Source: Utricularia gibba (Eukaryota > Plantae > Magnoliophyta). Taken from it: a DNA stretch of 64,000 bases. A program made the translations under genes and the position numbers. Below the pieces are notes generated by a model. It had not been told where the DNA came from. It saw only the letters and a program-made list of their open reading frames with translations, and did no database searches. The stretch spans positions 4,030,001 through 4,094,000 of the forward strand of contig NEEC01000004.1 in the NCBI GenBank assembly GCA_002189035.1, written 5' to 3'. Positions 26,061-36,828 of this stretch are shown piece after piece. How positions within the stretch are numbered: the stretch's first letter is position 1; the number at the start of each line of letters is the position of its first letter.

Positions 26061-28807
26061 TAGGGGCTATTAATGGAAATGGATCGGATTGGATTGAATT
26101 ACGTTAAATCCAAAACCAAACTAATAAAAATAGTTATATTCAAAACCGATCCAAAATCACAATAATTATTGACATTGAAACCAAATCCAATCAAAACAAT
26201 ATTCCTAAAACTAAATCCAAACCAATCCAATTCGATTTTTAATTGAAAATTAAAAAATATCAATTTGCATTCAAAATAAAATACATAAGTTCACAGTTTC
26301 AATAATTCGAATCGTAGCTTCATTTATTCGATATCTTCATCATGATCTTTGTATAATCATCTAATTCTTTATATGAGAACATGTGGAATGTATAATAAAA
26401 TAAATGAAAACACATTAATATATAATTTAAATAGTATTAATAAGCATAGTGAATATCATTGTTCTTTGATAATCAATCTTTATAGCACAACAAAGCTTCG
26501 ATAATATCTACACTCATTGTATTAGGATATTCATTTAATATTCTCTTTCCCATGCTAAAAGCATATTATACACTATAATTGAACGTATGTCTCTTGCCAT
26601 TTGAACCAATTGTGGATATCTCATTTCGTAACCTTTCCAAAAAGTCAATAGATCGATTTTAGTAGATCTCTCTATTCTCGAATCATCCAAATAAAGTTTT
26701 GGTTGATTTTTTTGAAGTGTTTGTCTACTTTCATTTAAATCGAAACAATCAAATGCCTGAATAATATAACAATTGTTATATGATAAAAGAATACATACAA
26801 TAAAATAATTTTAAAATAAAATATAAAAACTAATAACTTAAATATAACTGTCATGTCATTATTGAAACTCATATTAATGGATTGTGAAGAAATATCTCTA
26901 CTAATTCGTATATAACTCCTTTTTTGAGAATTTGAATAAGCATATTCTTGATAAATCAATCAAGTATAATTTCTCTTTTAGCTTTTGACACTCAGTAATA
27001 TGATCCCCATGAAATGCTGGAAAACACCACTCAACAAATTGATATTTGTATCTTGGGTCAAATACCACTAGAATAGCCAAAAGTATATGAACATTCATTT
27101 CAATACTTTTCAAACTTTGAGTATATTTTATTGGCTATTCTACTCATAAACTCAATTGGACTCTTCAATACATTCATCAATTTCATCTTAATCTTGAAAA
27201 CCAAAGCAAAGTATAAGTGACATGTTAGAGTCTTAATAGCAAAAACAATATAGATAGCTTCATTGAAAACTTGAAATAGCTCACATATTTTTTCAATTTT
27301 CTTTCATTCATCTTGTGCATACATCTTGTCTCAAACTATGTTTTTTTTTATCAAAATCACATATTGAAACACATATTATAAATATTTTCTTTCTTATATG
27401 AGAAACTTTCACATATTTTGCATATTCTTTGATATTATGAATATAAGTATTAATGTCTTTCAACCCTTCTTGAACAATCAAGTTTATAATATGTGCACAA
27501 TAACGAACATGTAAGAAAACACCTTCACTGATAAGATGACATCTTTCAAAATAAAACCTAATTCTTAACTCCATAACTAACACATCATTTGCAGAAGCAT
27601 TATCTAAAGTTATAGTAAACACTTTCTTCACAATTCACCAATAAACTAACAAGCTAAATATTTTATCTACCAAACAATATCCACTATGAGGAGGTGCCAC
27701 GTAAGCATAAACTAAGTATTCGTTTCTTCATCATTTAATTAGAATCAATGTAGTGTATTGTCAAAGCTAAGTAACCATCAGAAATGATTGAAGTCTACAA
27801 ATCACTAGTTAAACACATTATTCTTGACAATTTCTTAGTTCAATTGCAAGCTTCTAACTCTCATTGTAAAATAAATCGATAACATCACCTCTAGCTATCT
27901 TTCTACACATATGTCTTACATTTGGTTGCAAATAATAATAAAACAATCACGAATATCTTCATACTCCACAAATAAAAATGGAAGTTAATGTTGAACAATA
28001 GCTTTAGCCAACAAATCTCGGAATCTGGCTTGACTGAATGTTTGATTTCTTATGCCAATGGATGAGTCGTTTTTACCTAAAAGTAATTGTCCAACATCTT
28101 GGTATTTACATCCTAGGCATTTCTCATAATAATTTTTTTGGGTTTGTTGTGCCATTATGTATATTTTTTATATATTTTCTCACAAGATTTGCATTTAGGT
28201 TTGTCCACCTTATTCTTTTATTGTACTACCTCATAATATTTCCAAATTTTTGAATAAAAATGTCTCTTTCTTTTTCCCGCCTTTGAACTATCAGATTTAT
28301 TTTCTAAAATTTCAATAAAATCGACAGAATGAACCTCTTCATTGTCAACTAGATTACTGATCTCTGCACCTAGTATTACAATAGAATAGAACACCACAAT
28401 AGATATTCATCGATAAACTATAAAGATATGCAAAATAAATGTCTAAACTTTATTTTAAAGTTGACTATATTGTATTATTCTTATTTGGTAAATCGCTAGA
28501 GCAATCTCTTGCAACGTGATCCTTGGAGATTTGTTCAAAGAATCATCACATGGTGGAGGAGGAAGAAGCTTTTTTTAAGCAAATATGCTTTCGTCAACCT
28601 TTTCTATGTTACAGGAGTAGTGAAGAATAAGAAAGTAATGGATCAAATGAGCCAAATGGGATTTATAACAAGTAATCCAAAACCAAATTGGATTATATAA
28701 ATTCAAAAATTAAACCAATCTGAATATTTAATATTATAATTCATATTCGATCCAATTAAGGTTGTTGAGCCAGATCATCCAATTGATCCAACCCATTTAT
28801 ACTCTTA
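26061..28807 (-). mobile_element. Degenerate hAT (RICESLEEPER/DAYSLEEPER-like) DNA transposon
   Basis: BED-finger relic (~28.0-28.2 kb). ORF 27308-27631 has TITLDNASANDV...HVRYCAHIINLIVQEGL. hATC dimerisation relic DLLTFWKGYEMRYPQLVQMARD (~26.6 kb). Imperfect TIRs TAGGGGCTATTAATGG / rc TAAGAGTATAAATGGG, with subterminal aatcc/ggatt repeats. No TSD recognisable. Confidence 0.85.
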
Positions 28808-29654
28808 GTAGGGTGGGTATAACAATGTATGAAATGTGGTATGGAAAAATCCCGAAACTCTAAAATTTGAAAATTTTTGAATTTCTTTGTTATGTGCATC
28901 TTCCAAAAGAAGAGCATAGAAAACTGAAAAATCACTCACAAATAGGTGTAGGGAGTATTCAGAATCTCCTCAAATATATAGAAGATTCATTACAATTAAA
29001 ATAAGTTCAAAGATGTTATGATGGGATAGTAGATAAAGTAGTGATTGAACATTATATATCATTAAGGGGTCAAGAAAATATTTGCATCGAGACTACTTAA
29101 AAAATAATTAAAATTATAGATGTATATTATACTCTTAAGATATCTTGCAACCTCCACAATTCAAGTCAACTACTATGAAAAGGATTGAAAGTGCAACTAG
29201 AGTACGTTGAGTGCATTAACCGTGATATTGACTCCAACTATACTACTCACTATTCCCATGATCATCTGAATATTTCTTGTGATTGTTTCAAAATCAACCT
29301 GGAAAAATGAAATATGTCTATCAACCATTGAAGACTAAGTCATCATCACTATGCATCAATCATATCACTAAAAAAGAAAAAAAAACTTACAAAAGGAGTT
29401 CTTAGTTTTCTCATGAAGAGAAGAATTGTAAAACTTGTTTGATGTGCAAAATAAATAGGAAGGCATTTCCTAAGTTCATTATTTCATTCTTTTGAAAACT
29501 TGAAGTCTTTTTAGATGTGTGTAGAAATATGTCTATTTTTGCACATGCAAAAAAATAAATTCTATGTCATCTTTATCGATGAACACTCAAAGTACACATG
29601 AACCTCTCTTATAAAAAAAAAGTCAAAAGTATTTCGACATTTCAAGAAATCCAA
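28808..29654 (+). mobile_element. Copia continuation (post-integrase, RNaseH relic) and start of a second integrase relic
   Basis: MYEMWYGKIPKL*NLKIF.FLCYVHLPK resumes straight after the hAT end. RNaseH-like SWKNEICLSTIED. KFYVIFIDEHSKYT at ~29.56 kb. Confidence 0.65.
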
Positions 29655-30125
29655 TGTTCTAACTTGTGGGTCCCTCCATGTGGGGCCCACACCAAAATAC
29701 AAAAAAAAAAGAAATGTGCAGAGGTTGGCACACCAACCCTTCAAGGGTGACGTGCACTCCCCTTTATAAATAGAGGGGAGCTCTCCCCCACAGATGACAC
29801 ACAAGAGTAGCTCAAAGTATTTTAGATGTTTTAAGTAAGTTTTTCGGTTTTCGAGGGTAGAATAGGGAAAGGAGAAAGATAGTATTCTTTTCTATTCGTG
29901 TTTCTCACTCGGTAGAGTTTTCGGGGAGAAGGTATAAAGAAAAGGTAAAACCCGATAGTTTACCAAGGTAAATCTCTTTGTATTCACTGTAGTAAATAAT
30001 GAATTTTTCTCAGAGTTGGGTATGGACGTAGCCCTTATTTTAAGGTGAACCACGTTAAATCTTGGTGTCTATTTTTCTTGGTTCTTGCATTCAAATTTAT
30101 TGTCTGGTATTAACTGTGCACAACA
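29655..30125 (+). mobile_element. Copia (Tnt1/Tork-like) LTR inserted in an integrase relic
   Basis: TGT...AACA ends; TATAAATAGAGG; U5-like GGACGTAGCC...GAACCACGTTAAATCTTGGTGTC. Integrase sequence resumes after it (NNGGEYSSMEFK). No matching TSD found. Confidence 0.6.
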
Positions 30126-32030
30126 TAAATGAGGTGCACAATAGATGAAAAATACTTTTCCTTTGCTCTAATAATGGAGGAGAATATAGTTCAATGGAGT
30201 TTAAAAACATCTTTGACATTGATGGCATTATTCATCAATTCATTATCTCACACATCCTTGAATAAAATGAGATATATGATAATAAAAAATGAACCATTAT
30301 AAAAATGACAATATCCTTAATGTATACAAAAGAGGTACCTCTGTGTTTTTAATAAGAGGTTGCTCTATGGACTACCTTCTAAAGACTCTTAAGGATAGCA
30401 AATCTCCATATGAAATGTGGCATGATAGAGTTCCTAATTTGGAGCACATCAGAATTTTTAAATCCTTATGTTGTATACACATCCATAAGAATCATCTGGA
30501 TTATGGAGACACTTACAAAGTCTATAGAAGTCCTCAATTTATGTACAAATCAAGTTGAGCTAATTAGGGATGTGACAATGGATAAGACAAAAATTTATAA
30601 TTGGAGCAAATTTGCATTCAAGTCAATCGACTCTTATTATTTTTCAGCCATATTAAATATGTTTCCTAATACTGAGGAGGAAGAAGAGTTAGAAAATCCT
30701 ACTCATCATTATAATATTATCACTTGAAAGTTTCGGTGGAACTCTCTCTTTCCGATTGTTGAAGAAGAATGCATTGAGGAGGAAGTGTACAACTCCTCCA
30801 ATGGTCTTGATCTTTGCTCATCTCACACTAAAAATAATTGCATTGGAAGAGCAGACATTGATGACTTCTTTTTGGAAGAAGAAAATAGCAATATGAAGGA
30901 GAATGCAGATGATTTTCAGTACTTATATGTCAGACCTAGAAATTTCAGAATTTGATAAAGAAGTTGAGGAAAATATTCACTTCAACCTGCCCAATGGCTT
31001 TGTTTTCAAGATTTTGAAGGAAATTTCAAATTCTAAAAAGATCAATGATAGGCCCTTTCGTCCCTCCCCTTGAAAACTCAACATCTTGGCTGATGTTTGC
31101 ACCACTACTAATTACAAGTACAAGTTGGCTTTGATACCAAATGAAATGACTCATCATCTTCTTAAAGAATATTGTCCGCTTTGAGCATCCATCGTTTATA
31201 ATTTTACACTCTTCTTCTGAAAAAAATGCCTCATATAAGATTAAAGAAGGCCCCTCTATATAAATCATCCCTCTATCCCGTGTGTAGCCGATGTGGGATT
31301 AGAGCCCAGCTTAAGGAAGGGTGCAAAGATCTATGACGAATCCCAAATCAGTTACGAACAGGTTAGAAAGATAGTTTATATTGAGGTACCGTCTCTAATC
31401 TTACATAAGGTTTTTTACTTGAAATGAGAGAACGTAAGCCCATGAGGATTTGATGTCCTAAGTGTATAATATTGTGCAAGGAAATGATGTATCATTACAA
31501 TCATGAAGAATGTGATCAACCTTTGAATGCAAAATCAAGTTATGATATATATTGGATAGGTGTCTATTGACCTATGAACCCATCATCACTTACTAGGCAT
31601 TAAAAGAGCTATGATGAAATGACCTCTATTGAAGAACATGATGTATGGGAAGTGGTGGATAAGCATGAAAAATACTAAAGTTCTTGAACTGAAATGGATA
31701 AGAAAACCAAAACTAACTCCTAACTAAAGACTCAAGGCTGGTGGTTCTAGGATACCCTCAAAAGACTAAAGTAGATTATATGGAGACGTTTGCACCAATG
31801 TCTCAATTAGATACCATAAAGCCCATCATTATAATGGTTGTCAATTATAATTGGAAGTTGTATCACCTTGACATCAAATATTTTTTTCTCAATTAAGAGA
31901 CTCATCAGGACATATATATGTATCCTCCATCTGATTTTGAAATCAAATAAAGAGAAAATAAAGTATTCAAATAAAAAAAATCTGTATGAACTAAAACAAG
32001 CATCCAAAGTTTAAATTACTTAAATGTAAT
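30126..32030 (+). mobile_element. Degenerate Copia integrase to reverse transcriptase
   Basis: GGEYSSMEF; YEMWHDRVPNLEHIRIFKSLCCIHI; EMTSIEEHDVWEVV; SRLVVLGYPQKTKVDYMETFAPMSQLDTIK...WKLYHLDIK (RVT_2-like). Confidence 0.8.
31127..31310 (-). mobile_element. TRIM-like LTR plus primer-binding site
   Basis: Minus strand reads ATCCCACATCGG-N-TTTATATA...CAAAGCGGACAATAT...TCA-TT-TGGTATCAAAGCC (tRNA-Met PBS-like), the layout typical of dicot TRIM LTRs. Confidence 0.6.
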
Positions 32031-33063
32031 ATTCTGAATTAAATTATTTCTCTAATAAATTGTGTTGAATTATTATAAATATTAAAATAAATAAATAAAA
32101 TCACTTAAATTATTAAATTTGAATTGAACTAATATAACTTTGAATTTTAAAATATTTATCCTAATAAGATTGCCACTCGGCACCTATTGTTTCATACTTC
32201 ATTACATTCTGTACACGCACAATTGTTTGAATTAATGGGGACCGGTCTTGACTTTATTTGAAGATTTGACACACCATCCCAAAATTTTGTGTGTTATTCA
32301 TAAAATAATATTATTTTTTTCACTGAATAAAAATATACTGCCTATCTCTTTATGATTTTGAATTTCATTTTCCCTCTTGAGACAAAAAGTGATTTTGTAG
32401 CCTCCTAATACCTTTTTTTACTATTCATAATAATATTTTGACATAACGAATGTCAAATAACCTAAGGATCTCAAAGGATCATGTTATGATCTTTGTCGTG
32501 TTTCGTATACGTAAAAAATTGATAATCGTTGATATTAATTTTTTATTTCCGTTTATGTAATACAAATTTAGTACGAATAGATTTATAAATGATCTTTGAA
32601 TAATAGCGGAGTTTCGGGATCTAAGAAGAGTTGGATCTTCTTCATTGTGGTATGCCAAAGAGGGATTCGTACACATAGGATGTTATAACACAAGGTTTTT
32701 TATATGGTGATGAGATGAATATATAGGGAAGTAAGTAGTGTGTTTCCTTTTTGCGAGTGTGGCATCCCTGGTTTTATCCATTACTGCATGTCCATTCGTG
32801 AGCAGAATCAGGGCCTAGAAATTGCAGCAACGGCTAAAAGGGATTAATGGGTGATAAGCGGAGGAGGGATCGCCTGAATCCACACCGGAGATACCTTATC
32901 CAACCCCTCCGCCGCTCTGAATAATCATAATTACCTCGCTAATCAGATTTTAAGTAACAATAATTTGTTTTTATACATATAGTGAGCAGATACCCTTCAC
33001 TCGCTTACTACAAATACCTCCCCCCACACCACTTCTTCATCTTCCTCATCATTGGCTGCTGCA

Positions 33064-34022
33064 ATGTCGGGACGGCAAACGAGAGGGCGGCAGAGGATTC
33101 CGATACGGAGGATTGAGAGCCAGGACGACTTGTACGCGACCTTCTCGAAGCGCCGTCTGGGTCTGTACAAGAAGGCCAGCGAGTTGTGCACTCTGTGCGG
33201 AGTCGACATGGGGATTATTATTTTTTCCCCTACCGACATACCCTACTCCTTCTTCAGCCCCACCATGGAGTCCGTCATCGAACGCTACCGGAACCCGAGT
33301 CAGCTGACGGAGCCCACCAGGCTGGGGAGGCGCGTTCCCGTGCGGTTATCCACCAATGCAACGCGAGGCTGGATGTGATACTTGATGAAAAGGAGGCGCT
33401 GAGGGAGCGGGAGAGGGCTCTGGATGAAATTGATAGGGCGAGGGAGAGGGGCTGGTGGGAGCAGCCGGTTGAAACCCTGGGGAAGGAGCAGGTCAAGGAA
33501 TGGATCTCGTGGTGGAGTGCTTTCCAGGGCAAGTTGGGGAGGAGGATGCACGAGCTAACGAATGCGGCTGGCTCAAGTTCAAATTTTGCTCAGGGTTTTT
33601 GTTTTTTATGTCGCTTCTTTTGAATCCAGACAGGAAACCTCAACTCTCACTCACTAACTCAGTTTTTGCTCGAATCAGGTTCAGGTCTCATTACTCAGAA
33701 CTGTTTCCCAGGTGATGCACTGCAGGCAGGGCACGGCGGAGGCATGGTGGCTGGAGACCAGTTTCAGTTTCCGACGCAATTTTACGGGGCTCCAGGGGTG
33801 CAGTACGCGCCCGTCCCTGGTAGGAATCTGCAGTTCTATGGCGCTCCGGGGACGCAGGAAGCAGGAGGCGGACCTAGTTTTACAGCGCAATTCAATGAGA
33901 ACCAGTTCGAGTTTCCTGCCGGAGGAAGTAACTTCCAGTACTATTTGCCGGCACCAGGCGAGAATGAGCCCGGAACTGGAAGCAGCCGAACAACAGACGG
34001 TGGCGGATACTTCCCCCATTGA
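33064..34022 (+). pseudogene. Type I (M-alpha, AGL61/62-like) MADS-box gene with a 1-nt frameshift (pseudogene or assembly error)
   Basis: GRQRIPIRRIESQDDLYATFSKRRLGLYKKASELCTLCG...PYSFFSPTMESVIERY. The coiled-coil EARSRAVIHQCNARLD...GWWEQPVETL lies in another frame after 33324-33327. A probable 84-nt intron (33595-33678) joins the G/Q/F/P-rich tail ending GGYFPH*. Confidence 0.8.
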
Positions 34023-34721
34023 ACCAAACCCCAGTATTTCATGTCGTACGTATTTATTTCCCAATTGCTGCTGCGCCGCAGGCGCCTGCTGTCTTGTTTT
34101 TCTTTCAGCATTAACAGCTTAAAAAACACCCAAAATGCGCCACACGTGTTTCAATTTCAAAATTCAGAATAACATTTTAATAGTAAAGAATTTGAAACAT
34201 TATATCATTATTGGAATTTTATGTATTAGAAAAGTGATTACACTTCTTTGAGTGTGTGATAAAAATGAATACCGCATATGGTCTAATATATAGGAGATAA
34301 AGTAAGGATGAATACTTTTCTAAATGTTTAGGAATTGAAATTACGGCATAAAAATATAATAAAAATACAGATATAATATATGGTTTTTCATTTAATAGAT
34401 TTGAAATAAATGCGGAAATGGAGTAGTTATTAACAAACAAATGGCACCGTTGGATTGAGTTGTACGCAAATTCGGCGGTTTGCTCCTACAAAGGGAGCAC
34501 AGTAGGAAACTCAATTTCTTTATTTATGGTATGCTCCTTACAGATGTAGCCGTTACGGTCTCTCTCCGTGTGGGCTGACGTCATCCTTCCCCAACTGCGA
34601 TGCCATGCGAAACTTCGAAGGACGGCGAATTGGTAGGAGTCTTTTTTATCAGGAGCTTGTTTTGCCGGCCGATGGGTGAACTTGATATTTTTTAGGGGTT
34701 TTTGGTGTTTTTCTATGTGCG

Positions 34722-36664
34722 ATGGGTTGGAGGTATAAGGCTGGGTTGGGAATGATTGGTGCTTTTGTTCTCGTATGGGTCGCTGCTGCTGAGGTTACGC
34801 AGGTGGGTCTTTGAAGCTCTGGATTTTGAATTAACATAATCTTTTGGTTGTATTTGAGGTTTTCGCTCCTTGGATGTGTGAAGCTTTGAGTTTGCTTATT
34901 ATCATGATCTTGGACTTGGTGTTTTGCAGAAAATTTTCGTGGAGTACAGGCAGCCTTTTGCTCTTACGTATATTTGGATCTCGATGATGGTTGTCTATAT
35001 TCCTGTAGCGTTATGTAGAGATTATGTGTACAGTTTAGTAGAAAAGAGGTGTCTGAGAAGGTCTGTTAGTGGAACTAGGTGGCTGGATTACTATTTTGGT
35101 GTTGATGAAGCACAAGAAGATTCAGAAGCAGTTCTGAAGGGTTACCTTATGAGGGATATGGGGTTGCATGAAATGGAAGCTGGGCAGACGTTGTTGCTGA
35201 AGGAGGAGGATGAGTTGAGCTTTGGAGGAAGGGGACATGAACTAGGCTGGAAGGAAGTAGTCAAGTGCAGCCTTTATTTAGCACCTCTATGGTTTGCGAC
35301 AGAGGTAGTTCGTCAGCATTCTGGATGATTTTCTCAAATTTTCGGCTGCATGAGGCTCATAAAATAAAGAAATGTACTCATGCTTATTGCAACGTTCTGC
35401 AGTATTTTTCGAATTCTGCTTTGGCGCACACAAGTGTTGCAAGCACAACTGTGTTAACTTCAACGTCAGGCCTCTTCACACTTCTTATTGGAGCAAGTAT
35501 TGGGCAGGAGACGATAAGCATTGCTAAGGTTTCAGCAGTATTGATTACTGTGGTTGGTGTCGCAATGACTACTGTTGGAAAAACTTGGGCCTCGGACGAG
35601 AATCTTCTTACTGATGAGTAAGCCTATGCAATTCTTCTGCAGTAACATTTATGCTCATTTTTAAAATGATATGACGATATTTCCTTACACGGATTGGGGA
35701 TAAAATTATTCAATATTTGATGCATCATTTTCATACGTATAGCAGAACAAACAAGCATTCCATAACTGGAGACATATTTGGTCTGCTCTCTGCGGTGTTT
35801 TATGGCACATTTACAGGTATAGGAATAAGGATTTCTGTTAGTTGCCTTGTTGTAATGTTAGGTATACCTACATTGGTGAAGCATGACCTTTGAGTGCTTT
35901 TACAGTGCTTCTGAAGCGATTCGCTGGATCAGGAGGAGAGCAGGTTGATGTACAGAAATTCTTTGGATATATTGGACTGTTCACACTAGTTGGTTTCTGG
36001 TGGCTTGGTAGGAAACCTTTCATTGATGTACTTTTGTCATGTTTGATCCCCTTGTACACCTGTTCAAGTTGGAACTTCATCAATTTTACAGTTATGCGTA
36101 TAAAGATTGAAAACCCAAAGAATCCCATCGAATTGGTTCTTTTGTGCAGCTTGGCCACTTAGTTCTCTCGGAATCGGGCCAGAATTCAGTCTTCCAAGTT
36201 CAGCATCGATTTTCGAGGCCATTTTGGTCAGTGGCTTTGTAGGAAGTGTTCTTTCTGATTACTTATGGTATGAACCCTCCTCACTTTCCTGACTTTAAGT
36301 ACTATCGCCATCAAAGTAAGATCTTTTGCCTTATGCGGTAGTCATTCAATCTAGACTTGCTTTCTGATAATCAAAACAGGGGTCTAGCAGTCATCTGGAC
36401 AACTCCGTTGGTGGCAACACTGGGCATGTCCTTAACGATTCCAGTGGCAATGCTGGCCGATATGCTAGTCCATGGGCGGCAGTACTCAGCTGTATTCATC
36501 ATCGGTTGTGTTCAGGTGGGTGCTGTTTTGTTCTGGAATCTTGGCCTTCATCATTCGTTTGGCTTTTGTATTAACATTTGCATCTCGTTCAGGTATTTTT
36601 AGGTTTCATCATTGCCAATGTCTCCGACAGGCGTTCATGTACAAGAAGGCAAATGTTATCTTAG
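34722..36664 (+). CDS. EamA/DMT (SLC35F/THI74-like) membrane transporter
   Basis: MGWRYKAGLGMIGAFVLVWVAAAEVTQ|KIFVEYRQPFALTY; YFSNSALAHTSVASTTVLTSTSGLFTL; VDVQKFFGYIGLF; GSVLSDYLW; TTPLVATLGMSLTIPVAM. Confidence 0.9.
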
Positions 36665-36828
36665 AAATGAAGCTGACAAACTGTTTGAAGTTGCAACTCC
36701 TGAATGAAAGAGTCAGCAACCGCGCTTATAATACGTGTAGAAGAGTTGGATGTATAGAAACAAGAATTTTACACAGGAGAATAGAAATATGAAATTTCTG
36801 ACCTTATGTTCTCAGCAAGCCGAAGTTA

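Noticed and set aside
29655-30125. Bona fide solo LTR with TSD
   Set aside because: The flanks TCCAA and TAAAT do not match, so it is kept only as an LTR-like insertion.
31257-31299. snRNA (U6/U3) gene behind the USE/TATA
   Set aside because: The downstream sequence is not snRNA-like and leads to a PBS, so it is read as a TRIM LTR.
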